64,000 nt of DNA from Lama guanicoe. Taxonomy: Eukaryota. Of the stretch, positions 37,702 to 51,044 are shown piece after piece. How positions within the stretch are numbered: position 1 is the stretch's first letter; the number at the start of each line of letters is the position of its first letter. The notes below the pieces were generated by a model. The model saw only the letters and a list, made by a program, of their open reading frames with translations, was not told the origin of the DNA and did not search any database. Position numbers and translations under genes: made by a program. The stretch is taken from contig MU054391.1 in the NCBI GenBank assembly GCA_013239625.1, positions 5,663,824-5,727,823 on the forward strand. The letters run 5' to 3'.

Positions 37702-40489
37702 ATTGTGGCTGGAATTAAGCTGTACCCCCACCTCACCACCTCTTGCCATGTCCGGTCCCAGCTACGTCTTCTCCAGCCTGAGTGGCTGCAGCAGCCTCCT
37801 CATAGGCCCCCTCCTCTATCTGGCCCTCCTTCCGACTTGATTCCACACCAGCCAGAAGCACCTTTCTAAAGAACCAGTGCCGTTTCCCCCACCTTAAAAC
37901 CTTCCAGTGGTTTTCCACAGCGCTTAGAAGGAAACTCAGACTCCTTCCCTGGCCAGGGAGGTCCCTGATGGTCTTTGCTCCCCCTTTTCTTCCCCACTCT
38001 CTCTCTGTAACAGGCTGCACTGGCCGTATCTCTTGTCCTCCGATGTGCCAGGTCTTTGCTTTTGGTTCCTCAGGGTCCCTTCTGCTAGGTGCGCTCCCCG
38101 AGACCTCCTCATCACTTGGGTTTCTGCCCACATCCCCCCACCACTTCAAAGAGCTGAACAGTGGGTCCAAGGGCTGTGTGGTTGAGGGTGGGTTTTGGTT
38201 CCTGTGATTTTGTGATTCAGCATGTGTTCACCGCTCTGCTCTGGGGCATGGCGGGGCCCAGGGGTGTGACCCAGCTTTTAGTCCAAGCAGCTACAAATCT
38301 CCTAGAGCAAGTCAGCTGTTTTCAACAGCTGGACACTTGCCTGGATCCTACTCTGATTTATGAGTGTCGAGCAGCCACTGACTGCCACGCCCCTCCCTGC
38401 CTAATTGGAGGAGAGGCGGAGGAAGGGGACCCAGAACCTGGGAACTCTTCTCTGCCCCTTTACTCTAACCGGCGCTCCTGGCCCAGCATTCAGGGCCCCA
38501 CTCCCGCTATCTGGGGCTCATCCCAGACACAGCTCTCGTGACCACCACCCTCACCCACCTTGTTAGCTCAGGACAGTCCCTCTGCGTGGAATGACTGTCC
38601 CGCATTCCATCCTTTCCCGCCCTTTGGCCGAGGGCCAAGGGGTGGGGCACCAGGAAGGGGTGCAGGTGGGAGACAACATATGTAGGTAACTGCTCCTTGC
38701 CCCGCTCTGGATAGGCTCTGTATGTGTTGTTTCCCTTCTAACGTCTTCCTCACGCCAGACTTTCAGGTAGGCTTTATTAGGCCCATTATCCAGACAAACA
38801 AACTGAGTCTCAGAAATGTAGATAACTGGCCAGGATTATACAGGGGAACAGGATTCAAACCCAAACTGTGCTCAGCTGACTCCAAAGCTGCTGGATACTT
38901 CCTTCCCTTGTCAACTGAGGCGTGAAGTAAGCACTGAGACCGAAAGAACAGAAGACTCTGGAAGAGGTCACTCAGGCAGGGGGAGGGGGCTTTGCTGAGA
39001 GCTCAAAGGTCTTGTCCTCCAACCTCATTCAGCCACGGGTGCAGAACTGGACATTCTGCCTTTATGAAGCATTGAACCCAAAGGAAACTCCTGTAAATAA
39101 ATATAAGGCAAAAGCTCCAGGACCCCCTTCCTCAGCAAAAGTTTATTCTAGGCCTGGAGGGCAATCACAGCACTGCTCCCGAAGCCACTTGGGAGGGGAG
39201 GAGGCCTCACCACAGACACTGTGGCCCCAGGTCAGGGTGGGACGGGGTGAGTGAGGATGGGAGCGGAGCGGAGGCCGAGAAGGCAGGTTCTTGAAAGGCC
39301 ATGGTTGGGGCAGTTCTGGTGGTGAAGGCCGATTTGGCTGAGAAACCTGTAATGTGAGATTTTGACCATCATGATTTGGGGGAGACAGCTTATCTTAGAG
39401 ATGTCAACTCTGCTACTTTGGGGTCTGGTTTATGGGTGAAGGGGTGTGGCTTTGTACACTGAGAAGGAAACGTGTGTGTGTATGTGTGTGTGTGTGTGGG
39501 GGGGTCCACAGGACCCCTGGGAGCTGCTCTTCCCCTTTCCCCCCAGTGGCCTCCCCCTGACTCAGAGCTTCTGCCACCCCCGGGTCTGAGGTGTCTCTGA
39601 GGAGGACCAGCCAGCTGAGGAGAGCTTTCTACACCCTGAGGACACCTGGGCCTGTCGGGCCTGTCAGGCCTGAGGGCCCACAGCCTTGGGAGATTCTCCA
39701 CCGGGGGAGGCAGCCAGCAGCCTGAGCGGCAAGAAAGCAGCCTCCTGGTCGGGAGGATGATTCTGAGGAAATGCAGAGGGGAGCACGAGACGGGGGAACA
39801 CCGCAGGTGGAGGCGGCTCTCCCAGGCTCCATGCTAAGCGCTGACACATGTGTTTCTTCTGAAGCCGGGAGCCCGGCCGGCGCTGAGGAAGCCCTTGGCT
39901 GGCGCTTCTTCACCCCTGCCTCTGGCGGCACAAGGCTACGGTGTCAATGCCAGTCGACTGGAGATGAGCATCCAGAGAGCCTCCTCTCTACCATTCCTTT
40001 TCTTACCGACTACAGGCGAGGAAGTTACATTTCTCAGCACAGCCCCTGAGCCGGCCCACCCCCAGAACCGCACTGCCACGTTACCGCCCAGAATCCTGGG
40101 CACCCACAGGCAGAGGGAACAGCCAACGCCCCACTCCGTCCTCCTGGAGGGTTCCCATGGCAACTTGGGATCCTAGGCCTCTGCTTAGACCCCTCTGCCT
40201 CCAGCCTGTCTGGCCCTGAATGTTCTGAGGAACCGGCCCTTGTTTAGGGCCCAGCTCAGGCTCTGTTGGCAAGTCTGGGCACAGAACACTCCCTATGGAT
40301 GGTGGCAGCACTGAAGGGCAGCATGGAGGTGAGGACAACCCTCCTGTGGAAATTCGGGAGCTGCTGCTGTCCACAGACCTGACAAATCTCAGGCAGAAGT
40401 GGACGCGAACGATCAGATGAGGAACCAACAGTAGGTCTGCTTTCTGCTCGAGCCCTTCACAACCTCGCCCACCCCCTTCCCAGCCAAAG

Positions 40490-41131
40490 TGATGCAGGAG
40501 AAACGGCTGTGGGGCGTGAGGAGGTCGGTGTCTCAGGCCTCAGCTGAGCCCTTGGGACGAGCCCCGCCTAGTGTTGGTCCTTGGCTTCATGCAGGAAAGA
40601 ATTCAAGAGCGAGCCACAGTTGAGTAAAGGTAGATTTATTTAGAGAGATACATCAAAAAGCAAGAGAAAGGCCATGAGGTGTAGGGGTTGGGTGCTCAGA
40701 TTAGAATAAAAGTAGGTACACACTCCATAGACAGAGTGCGGGCTGTCTCCTAAGAGGAGGGAGAGAAGGAGACAGGCGGCTGCAAGTTGCTATGTTGCCA
40801 GTTTTTATGGGCTCCGTAGCTTCATATGCTAATAAGCGGGAGGACCAGTCTAACTACCCTGGGGAAGGGGCTGGGATTCCCAGGGAGTTGACCATTTCCC
40901 ACTCTGACCTGTTGTGGCTAGCCTGGGGACTGTCATGGCCTGTGGGCATGTTATTCACCATGCTGATATATTACAATGGGTGTACAATGAAGCTCAAGGT
41001 CTACTAGAAGTTAAATCTCCCACCATCTTGAGCCTCAAGGCCTCCTCAGGGTTGAATCTTTCACCATCCTGGTGTTAACTGTTGTGTTATTCCTTGAATG
41101 GCTGTGCCCTGTCCCCTTCCTTCCTGTCTCA
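40490..41131 (-). mobile_element. MER41-like ERV1 solo LTR, antisense
   Basis: Reverse complement starts TGAGACAGG and ends TGCATCA; shares ctcgctcttgaattctttcctg, ttagcata and cccataaaaa with the 34748 LTR; flanks AAAG/TAGG match only partly. Confidence 0.85.
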
Positions 41132-43556
41132 TAGGTCCCCCTGTTCCTGCATGTGATTCCTATAAAATGGGCATATTCACTGCCTCCCACATGCCTTTCT
41201 CAGCTCCATGCATTTGTCCACTTCTCCCACATAAGCTCATTTATCTCACCCTTGAATCTTACACAGCCTTCAAGGCCTGTCCCACATGCCTCTTTCTCCA
41301 GGAAGCTTTCCTTGATAACCTCAACTAGAAGAGGTTTTCACTCCTGCCTTTGCCACATGTGGCATCTGCGCATGGGGTGTCAGGAGGCGTGTCTCAACCC
41401 AGGCTCTGGGGGTAGGGGTGGGAGGGCGGCGGGGCAGTGTTGTGTTAAGTGTGCAGGTGGACGAATCCCAGCTCTGCTCCTTAATGGTTAGGGGACCTTG
41501 AGCAAGTTCCTCCTCTGTCTGGGCTTCAGTCCCCCATCTGTGAGACGGAGGTTTTAATAGGGTCTCAGGTCTCATGAGGTTATACCTGTTTGGCCCTCTG
41601 TAGTCAAGGAGAATGGGCAGCCCTTCCACAAAGCCATTCCTGGGGACTTAGCCCTCCTCAGGGCAATGTCTCTGGGCTTCCCCCAACCCCACAGGCCTTC
41701 ACTCAGCTGCTGCTTCCTAACTCAGCCTCCTCTCTTGACTCTTTAAAATTCTACACCGCCCCCCCCCCGCATTTCCTGCCTGGCACGCTCTGTTTATTTG
41801 CTGGGTACAGCAGCATCAAGTCAGTATCTGGTCCTGAACAACCGAGTGAAAAGGGAGGCTGAGAGGACTACTGAGGGTGCTCCTGAAGTGGGTCCGCAGC
41901 GGGCGGGTCGGAGGGCTGGGGTGGCTCCCGGGCTTTGGCAGTGGGTTCGGGCAGTTCTTCCAGCCGCCCTCCTGCAGAGGCCAGGCTGCATCTGAGGTCG
42001 GCCAGCCCCTCCTAGTTCCAAACTTTGGCGCCTCCTCCTCCTCCTTCTCCCCCAGGACGTAACTGGAGGAACTATTCCTAAGCCGGGTTAATTTGTTCTC
42101 TGTCAAGAGAAAAGAAAGAAACCATATAGCCCAGTTCTCAGCATTTCCTAAACTAGTCGGATGAGAAATAGATTTGGAGCATCTGCCTGGGAGGGCAGCT
42201 AAAATCTCTAAGAAGGCAAGAACAATAGATTCTGTTTCCGTGGTTAAACTGCCCACCTCAGCGGTGGGCTGCACTTTGAGCACCTTCCCCTGCCCTCATT
42301 TCTCAGGGGTGGGGTTGATCCTTTTACGTGGTACCCCACAGAGGCAAGCCTCCACCCCCGTTCTCCCATTTCATATCGAAGTAGACCCAGGCAGCAGGCG
42401 CTATGACGCTGTCCATATCACAGGTGAGGAAACTGAGGCCCAGTGGCTTGCATGGCCACAGAGCTGGTTGGTGGCAGAGGGGTGGAGCTGGCGGCTCATG
42501 CTCACGCTGGCCTGATCCCCATGACTGTGCCTTTTCCATTGTGACCACGTTTGACATTCTCCAGCCAGACACAAACAGAGACTTAACGCCCTTCACTTGG
42601 TGGCCCTACTTGGACACCCGGTGTCCCTCTGTGACCTCACGTGGGCCACTTGGCTCATATCCCCTTTGAACTCTAGATACTAGTTTGGTTAAATAATCCT
42701 CCATTTAACTCCCATGGACATTGTGTCTTTGCGACCCGCTCAGAATTCTTTGAGGACAGGGATTGATGTCAGGCCCACCGGCTGCAGAGAAAGGGGGTCG
42801 GGAAGGACACGGTGTGCACAGGAGCCACAGTGGTGCAGAGCGGGCAGCCCTGGAACCCAGGCCCGAGCCCTCTGGCTGGCTTCTCGCCTCTGCCCCTGGC
42901 AGGGTAAAGCAGGGCATAAGCAGACTCAGCGCTATAGGCAACACGAAAACAACCCAGGTTTCAAATACAGCACTTTATCTGTTGTCTTATCAACATCAAG
43001 AAACTGTGCTTAGAAACTGTGTTCACCAAGTCCTGGGTCGTACTGCCTGATGGAGAAGGCTCCAGGTGGATTCAGGGAGGGGAGCAGAGGGTGAGCTGGC
43101 TGCTAAGTCTCTGGTCAGGGTAGGTTCCGGGAAAGGGGAAAGGAGGTCCCCTTGCTTCATCCTCTCTGGTCACTGAGATGGCGTGTCTGCTGTTCTGAGC
43201 CCCCTGCTGCCCTTAGCTCTTGCAGGACAGACCTCCATCCTGCTGTCCTTACAAAGGTTAATTCTGCCCCCAGCATCTCAGGTGTTGCCGCAAGTGGCAA
43301 AACCAGAGGTTGGGTGACTTTTCAGCCAGCCTATTAGGGCAAGAGTTGGTCCTGGCCTAAGCAACTCCGGTGGTTAAACAGGGGTAATTACATAAGAGGT
43401 GTGCTCACTTATTTGCTTTAGGAGTGAATTCATGAATGACATTTTGCATTTGTTTAGCACCTACAGTTTACAAAGTGCTCTCATATACATGGTAACCTGT
43501 TGTCAAGGATGGTGGCTTTAAAGGGACTGTCCCACTCCTATCCTAGGGGTTTCTTT

Positions 43557-44091
43557 TTCTTTTCAAGTTTGTCAATCTTATTTTTTAAGCACTGATTTTA
43601 CAAAATGCGATGCTTCAAAAGGTGAACTAAATGTACAACTTAGTTTTTTCATTTAAATTGCCTTCAAAATACATCGGAGCTAAGATGTACATAAGATTTT
43701 ACATGCATTTTGGAAGAGATCACACAGAAGCAGCTGCTTTTTCGATAAACTTGGCCAGTTGCACGTCTCTCTTGGTCAGCCCGCCACAGGCATGTGATGT
43801 GAGAGTTATCTGGACCTTGCTGTACACATTGAACCACTCCGGGTGATGATTCATCTTCTCTGCTTGTAGGGCAACTCGGGACATAAAGCCAGATGCCTGA
43901 TTAACATTTTTGAAAGACAACTCTTTGTACGTGGCATCTCTGTCACTTACTTCAGACCATCCTGCTGCTTTAAGGTCAGGTACAACTTGGTTGCTCTCTT
44001 CTGCTGTCAGCCAGTTAGCATCTGTTGACAGAGCTGCGACTCTCTGGCTCCAGCCCCGCAGTGCCACGAACCAGCACCGTGCCGCTGTCCC
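43557..44091 (-). pseudogene. PCBD2: Processed pseudogene of pterin-4-alpha-carbinolamine dehydratase 2
   Basis: Intronless frame ending [33 protein letters not shown]...[12 protein letters not shown]; 3' UTR and A-tail remnant; TSD AGGGGTTTCTTT at 43545-43556 and 44092-44103; no initiator ATG. Confidence 0.95.
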
Positions 44092-45399
44092 AGGGGTTTC
44101 TTTACATCAGTGAGGCTTTGACACCAGGGAGCAAGTCTTCCAAAGTATTTAGATCAGATTTGATTTTTAATAACTCAATTTACTTATCATAAATACAACT
44201 TGTAGTAATATGAGATCCAAGACACAAATATTATTAGATTATTCATTCTCCCTTCTGTGTGTTAACTTCTCCACCTCCTGGTTAAATGCTTGACAGGGTT
44301 CAGCTATAGCATTCCTGTGAGAGGCAGAGGGGCCAGTGACTCACTCTCCCAATCTCTAGAACTTTGGTAAAATCTCAAAGATAAGTAAATAAAAATTTTC
44401 CCTTTCCTTAGAATTTTCTCAGTGTTCTTGCTAATCAGATACTGTTAGCTTCTTACTTTACATTCATTCATTTTCTGAGTATGTTTCAGATCTGAATTAG
44501 GACCACAGATGAAAAGACTGTCTTGCTCTGGGGCACTCCCAGTCCTGCGGTTGTTCGGGGGCCACGGCAGGTGCATAACATGTAACAGACATCCCACAAT
44601 GGGATAGGGAACGTGTCATGATAATTTCTGGCAGAAGGAGGTCTGGGAGCACAGCAGAAGGACAACTAATCCACGCTGGGGATATCAGGGAAGGCTTCCT
44701 GGAGGAGGTGACATCTGAGTTAGATGAGAGAAGTAGAGGAAAGAAGTCCAGGCAGCAGAGAGCTCATGCATGAGAGCATTGTATATTCAGAGAAGGAATT
44801 ACTTGGTGAGATGGCCTTTAAGGAGCATAGTAAGAATGAGGACAACTGAAATTTAATCCTCAGCCAGGGGTCTTGTATGTGAGCTGCTGGGAGATTTTCA
44901 GCAGGGAAAACATTCTCATATTACCTTTTACTTCTTCCAGGCCTGAACCACAGTTGTCATTAAACAATTCCTGATGTAGTTTGAAGTTTAGCATTTCCTC
45001 TGAGCAATTATTAATACAATCTCTAAGAGAGCAGAGACTAAGATGTCTTTTTGTTCAACCCTATAATTCTGCAGACCTAAAACAGTGTCTGGTCATAATG
45101 GATGCTTAGAAAATTGGGGAGAGGAAGGGAGGGATGGAGGGAAAGGCAGTGACAAGATCTGTTGTGCACTGGAGAAAAATCATTCTGGCAGCAAACAGAG
45201 GCGAAATGGCAGAGGGTCTGACTCGGGGTTGGGAGGGACCAATTAGAAATGCTCTTGTCATAATCCAGGTGAGAAATGCAGACTGTCTGAAGGAATGGCA
45301 GAGGTGGGGGGAGGGGACAGAGAGTGGAGGAAAGCCAGGAGGTGAGCTCTACATCGCCTGGTGCCTGGGGAGGGGTCGGGGAGAGGGGTGAGTGAGAAG

Positions 45400-45540
45400 T
45401 AGAGAATCATCTGGAGAGGCTTTGATGCCCAGACCCAGCTCTTAGTCTCATTGAGTTGGTCTGGGGTGGTGCAGGCGACACAGGTCATTCTCAAAAGGAC
45501 CCAGGTGATCCTCACGTGCCAGCGGGATGGAGAAGCCCTG
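45400..45540. mobile_element. MER5-like hAT fragment
   Basis: agaatcatctggagag..ggtctggggtgg..cccaggtgatcctc..gagaagccctg. Confidence 0.6.
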
Positions 45541-47439
45541 ACGTGGAGGGAGGAGCTTATAATGGCTCTAAGGGTTCTGGCTTTGGGCGAGACAACCCAG
45601 GAGGGAGAGCAAGTTTGGGAGAGTCAGGGTTGCTAAGAAGTTCACAAGGTACGAAGTTGACTGAGTTTGAGGCACATGAATTAAGAAAGAAAGATGTCAG
45701 GTGGTTCTTGTCACGTTGTTTAAAGTGTGAAGGTGAAAAAAAGCAGTTGGACATTTTGGTTAGGAGTTGCTTCTGAGTTAGAATGATTCTGTGGGATGGG
45801 AGTCAGAGAGGGCTCGGAAACTCTGTCTGCAAGTTCAGGCTGAATATCAGGTGGTGGAAAAGGTGAGAGATGGGAGCATGAGTTTGCAGAAAATGACAGA
45901 GTGAGCCAAGTAACAGGTGCCAGGGATGGAGACCCAGCCCTCTACCGCCTCTGCTTCCAAGTTTCTCCTCTGCACAGCTGAATGATGCACCAACTTTGTT
46001 TCATAGCAAATTTTTTAATGGTCTCTGGCAGCACTGAGGCAGCCTTCATATTCCATTTGTTCCTTGGATAATGAGCTTAGCCTCAGAGCCAAAGGAAAAA
46101 GCCCCAGTGCTTGTTAAATATACCAGCAAGGGCTGTCTGCTCCCCAGAACCTCCATCAGATGTTGCACTAAAAATCATCCAGCTCAGTAAGTCCGTTTGC
46201 ATCTAGGAAAATGGCCCTTGGTGACTAATAGAAATCCAACTTTATATTGATGAGGAAGGGCTTTGATAAGCAGCGTTAATTTTGTTTGCACAGTGGAATG
46301 GAGCGCATCTCCAGCTCCTTTAGGGGAGCCTGATTTATGCTTCCCCCAGATAGCGCTTCCCAGGGGCTCCCAGACATTGGACTCGCCGGCTGTAATTAAT
46401 CTCAGAGGCTCCCTGGTCCAGCTTTTGCACACAGCACACAATCTGCCTTATTTTTTCCCAGCCTCTCAGCTCAGGGAGAATTGTGATGATGGGGCAACCT
46501 GATTTCTAATAATGCTTCAAGTAGTCATTTGGGCTCGATGCATTTGGCCTGGTGCTGACAGAACCTCAACAGCTGGGAGGGTTCTGTCTGGCTTTTTCCC
46601 CTCCAGGAGTCTGGAAATTAAGGCTGTTATTTTCCATTTGGAGTCTTGGGAATTGGGTTGTTATTGCCAAAGACAAAGAATGGGTTTCTAGAATTATCAC
46701 TCAGGAGAACAGTGCACCAGAGAGAAACCCTAGATGTTTCCAGAAAGGTGGGCAGTGGGTATCTCGGCGGGATCATCTAAATCTGCAACATCTCTGCCAA
46801 CTACTTGGGAACAACTTGCGGTGGGTCGGAGACTCCTGGACACATCTCTACCGGGCATTCAGACGATCTGGGAAGGCAGGAAGGACCACTCCACCTTGAG
46901 GATTTTATTGTACACGTTGGGAAAAAATCCAGTAGCCTTCAGGGGGCTCCAAGACACCCACCCAGTGAGAATGTCTAGTCTCAAACTTCAGAATAAGTTG
47001 AGTTCAATTCAATCAAAAGTGTGAGGACCTACTGGTGCCAGGAGGGAGGTAGGGGGTGAAGACGGGGAAAGGATGCACTTGGTCATGCAGCCACTGACTC
47101 GCCGACAGTCCCTGATGGAGCACTGGCTTTGTACCAGGTTTCATGCTGCCGTGAGGGATGCAGAGATGAAGGAGGAGATCCCTGCCTACTGGGAGCGCTC
47201 CTATTTGGGCAGGTAGACACGGGCTACCATCAGAGCCCAGAATGAGGGACACTGTTCTAGGGGCTTCGATAAAGACACTAGAAAAGATGTAAAATGAACC
47301 CAAAGACATTGGAATTGATTCTGAGGGCAGATACCTGGGAAGACTGGAGAGAGAGAAATCTGGATGTCGACAGGCATTTGACTGAGTTTCTCCTCTTGGA
47401 GAGAAACACGCCCATAGCACTGACTGTCTTTCTTGAGTC

Positions 47440-47620
47440 ATTTCAAGAGCTTTACATATATTAATTCACCTAGTTCTCACAACAACCCTTTGAAGCAGAT
47501 ACTATTATTATCCCCACATTGTGAATGAGGAAACTGAGGCACCAAGAGGTTAAATGAGCTCCCTGAGATGACAGCTAATTTGTGGCAGAGTAAGATTTGG
47601 TTCCAGGCAGTCTGGCTCTA
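47440..47620 (-). mobile_element. MIR SINE (one of many, e.g. 30570, 34070, 37170, 50820, 54400)
   Basis: Core ctattattatcccca..atgaggaaactgaggcac..agaggttaa..ccaggcagtctggctc. Confidence 0.85.
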
Positions 47621-48009
47621 GACAATACCTGTAGTCAGGTAGATTTCTTCAGGTTGAATAATTCTATCCCAAGAGAGTGTTTCTTTATGTTTTGTTCGGT
47701 TTAATCAAAATAATTCATGCTGTAAACGTAATATGGCATTATAGAAAGTTTGGAGAAAAGAAAAAAGGTTCCCCACAGTCCCAGCTCCCCATCGTGGCTG
47801 GCATGATGCTGGGATGAGGTGGTTGCAGAGTAACCCTTCTGAATGATGCGGGTGTTTACTGGCATTGCAATAGGTAGTCACCACCTTGCACACAGAATAA
47901 TGCCATTTCAGGGTAGGCCCCCAGTGAGAATCATCAGTCCAGCCCAAAGCGATGTTAAATACCCACCTTGGGGAGATAATATAGTCAACAAAGAAAATGT
48001 GGATACTGG

Positions 48010-48127
48010 CAGCGGGGGTGGTGGTGGTGTATAGCTCCGTGGTAGAGGGCATGCTTAGCATGCACAAGGTCCTGGGTTCAATCCCCAGTACCTCTATTAA
48101 AATAAATAAACCTAATTACCCACCCCC
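48010..48127 (+). mobile_element. tRNA-derived SINE with 15-bp TSD
   Basis: TATAGCTCCGTGGTAGAG..GGGTTCAATCCCCAGTACCTC..taaacctaattacc; TSD AAATGTGGATACTGG at 47995-48009 and 48128-48142. Confidence 0.92.
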
Positions 48128-48379
48128 AAATGTGGATACTGGGCCCTCACCCCAAAGAGCAGCCCAGAGGCTTGCATCAAAGGCAGCCTTTCCCTGAGTT
48201 AAAGTCTAAAGCCAGCAGATGTAGGGTGCAGTCAATATTAAGGGGAGACCTAGGCTCAGAAAGAATCACCTGGAGAAAGAACCTGGACTAACAGGATGAA
48301 CTTTATGTTCAGATAAGACAGTTTCTACAGTTAAAATATTTTCTACAGTGTCTGATTTCTGAACAGCTTGTGTGGTACA

Positions 48380-48562
48380 CAGGCAGGTACAGTTGTGCAG
48401 GTTGTCCACTGCACAAGGGTGCCCACCTGAGGGACGAGTGGGGACTGGAATCCAGTCTGCCTTTCACTCACCACACTATGTGCCTGTCAGGCTGCATCTG
48501 TCCAGAAGAGGCATCCTTCCCTAGTTCACACAAAAGGACCCTATGGGCTAGCTGGGGCCCAT
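48380..48562. mobile_element. MER91-like hAT element
   Basis: agttgtgcaggttgtccactgcacaagggtgcc matches the recalled MER91 start. Confidence 0.6.
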
Positions 48563-51044
48563 GACTTAGAAAGAAACACCCCCAGGAAAGGACCAACAAA
48601 ATGTGGGACATCAGAGCAGAGCGGCGTGTAGAACAGAAAATACCTGGCTGTAGTCATCTTCCTTTCTTTTGAAGGGAGAAAGCAAGAACTGATTACAAAC
48701 CCCACTCTCTTATACTCTTGATGTTTGTATATGTTCATACCCAAGTGCATAAACTCTACCTACGTTTCCTTCTGGAGTTTGGTCCAGTCATTCCCTGCGA
48801 ATCCCCTGAAGGTATTGTTACAGACAGGTCTCGGCACGGAGCAGGTCTTCCTGACAGCTGGGGTCACTGTTATGGTGTCTGGATTAGCTGAAACCAACAG
48901 GCAGGCTTCTCTCAGAATTCTGCGGGCTGTGTTTCCCAAAGACAGTCAATGCTACCACCCTCGGTGCTTTTTCTTTCATTTTTCTCTACGTGCGCGTTTA
49001 TACAATGATTTCGTTTTGTATGACACTTTTGTTGCTTGACATATGCTAAACATTTTCCATAGTGCCACGTGTTAGCCACCCCTGTCATTTGCAAGCACGG
49101 CTGTGTGTCAGCCCACTGAGCAGCGCCATGTAGTCTGATTAATAACCATCAAATAGTGTGCTTGGCAGAGAAACACCAACCACGAGGGAAACGATGAGCC
49201 GGGGGCAGAGGGTTCTCATCTCAGCTCTGTTCTGCTCAACGTTTTTGCTGACAGTCGAGATGAAGATGTAGCATGCAGACTGCTCATCAAATTTTCAAAA
49301 GACACAGAACTGGAGAGGGTGATGAGTTGTTTGGAAGAAGGAATCACGATTCCAGGAGCTTTCCTGGCAAACCCTTTCTAGGACTGGCTTCCTGGCCCCA
49401 CCCCTTCTGCAGGTCCACAGGGCTTCACTCTGCAGCCACAACCAACCATGATCATGTCACCCTTCACCTGGTGGCTGATGGGGGCCAGATGGGCCGGAGA
49501 CCAGAGCTGGGCCAGAGTGGCTTCTCGATGGTTTTAGGATTGGGACTTAGAGATTCCAAAGATCTCCGGGTGGCTGCAGTATATCACATCAGCTTGGGAG
49601 GTCCTGTGGCCACGTTTGGTTTTATGAACCTGAAAGTAGAAGCTGGTTGGAGAGAGAGAGAGAGGAGGGAGGTATATAGGGAAACAGGCGGAAAGAGAGG
49701 CAACTGGAATCCTGGTTCATTTGTTCCTGAAGCCCAGTCGCCTCTCTGCCCCTAATTCCGAGATCACGTACCGCGATAATAAAGTTCTTCCCTGTGTGTG
49801 AGCTGGCGTCCGTGCTGATTACAGCTGAAACAGTCTCGTGAAGTCAGCAGCAAATCTGAAGTCTTGGTTTTCAGCTGACCTGACGTTCAGTAAGGCAAAC
49901 AGGCTGCAGAAGAATCAAGCCCAAAGTAAAGAGGAAAGACTGAATTGGGGGTGTCACGGTCGGTCTTGTGTGACTTTGATGAGTGGTCAGGTGCCTGAGG
50001 ATGTCCCCGGGCAGTGGAGGACTTGGAAATCATACTCCACACTCAAGGGCTGAAAGAGTCGGCGACATCGTGGCCCACGTGGGGAAGATTTTGACAGAAT
50101 ATGGTATTTGTCATACAGTGTGAAGGAACCAGGGTCGGGGCTGAGACTAACAGGTGGAAGGTATATTGATGCAAATTTTGGCAAGCCATTTCCAACAGCC
50201 ATCCACTGGTGATCCAGGGTTCCTGGAAGCAGACAGCACCTGACAGGCTGGGCGGCCACACACTGTGAGGGCGGAGCACGGGGGCTTCCTGCATAGGTAG
50301 TCGGACAGCGGACAGTGTGTGTGTGGCCTCTTCCCGATCACAATGCAGGATCTGGGAGGGCAGGGTCAGTGCTTTACTCACTTGTGGGTGATGTCAGGAC
50401 AGCAAAGCCACAGCCCAGCAGGGTGGGAGCCCCCAGCCCAGCCCACCCAGAAGGTTTCCCGTGTGGCGCACAGCTGCGGGGCAGCCTCGGGTGGATGCCA
50501 GGGTGGATGCCAGGCCCTCCCGGGCCACCTGAAGTTAGATCTGCCTCAGAAATGTCTGTCCCTCCTGCCCCTTCTCTCCTCCCATCCCTGCCACCATTTC
50601 CAGGCTCTCTGCTCCCTCTCTCACCCCCACCCCTCCTGTAACGGGCCTCAGCCCAGCTCCTCCCCCAGGCCTGCCTGCCACCTCCCACTCATGTGCCAAC
50701 ACCGCCCAGAGAAAGGCTTTCCAGTGAGACATTGGCCACATCACTCCCCACTTAGAGCTCAACAGCAACCCACTCTCCTCAGCAAAAAAGCACACATTCT
50801 TCAGCCTAGCATTTTAGAATAATAACACACTTACCAAGCACAATCTAAGTGCTTTTAACTACATTAACATAGATTAACTTCTTAACCTTCACAGACGCCT
50901 CCTTGAAGTAGGTACTATAATTATCCCCATTTTATAGGTGAGGAAACTGAGGCATGGTGAGTTGGCAACTCCTTGCCCACTCGCACAGCTAATTAGGGGC
51001 AGATCCAAGTTCACGCCCGGGCAGTCTGACATCTCAGCCATACT

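Noticed and set aside
34748..41131. A single provirus bounded by the two LTRs
   Set aside because: Opposite orientation, diverged, separate flanks, no internal ERV coding sequence.
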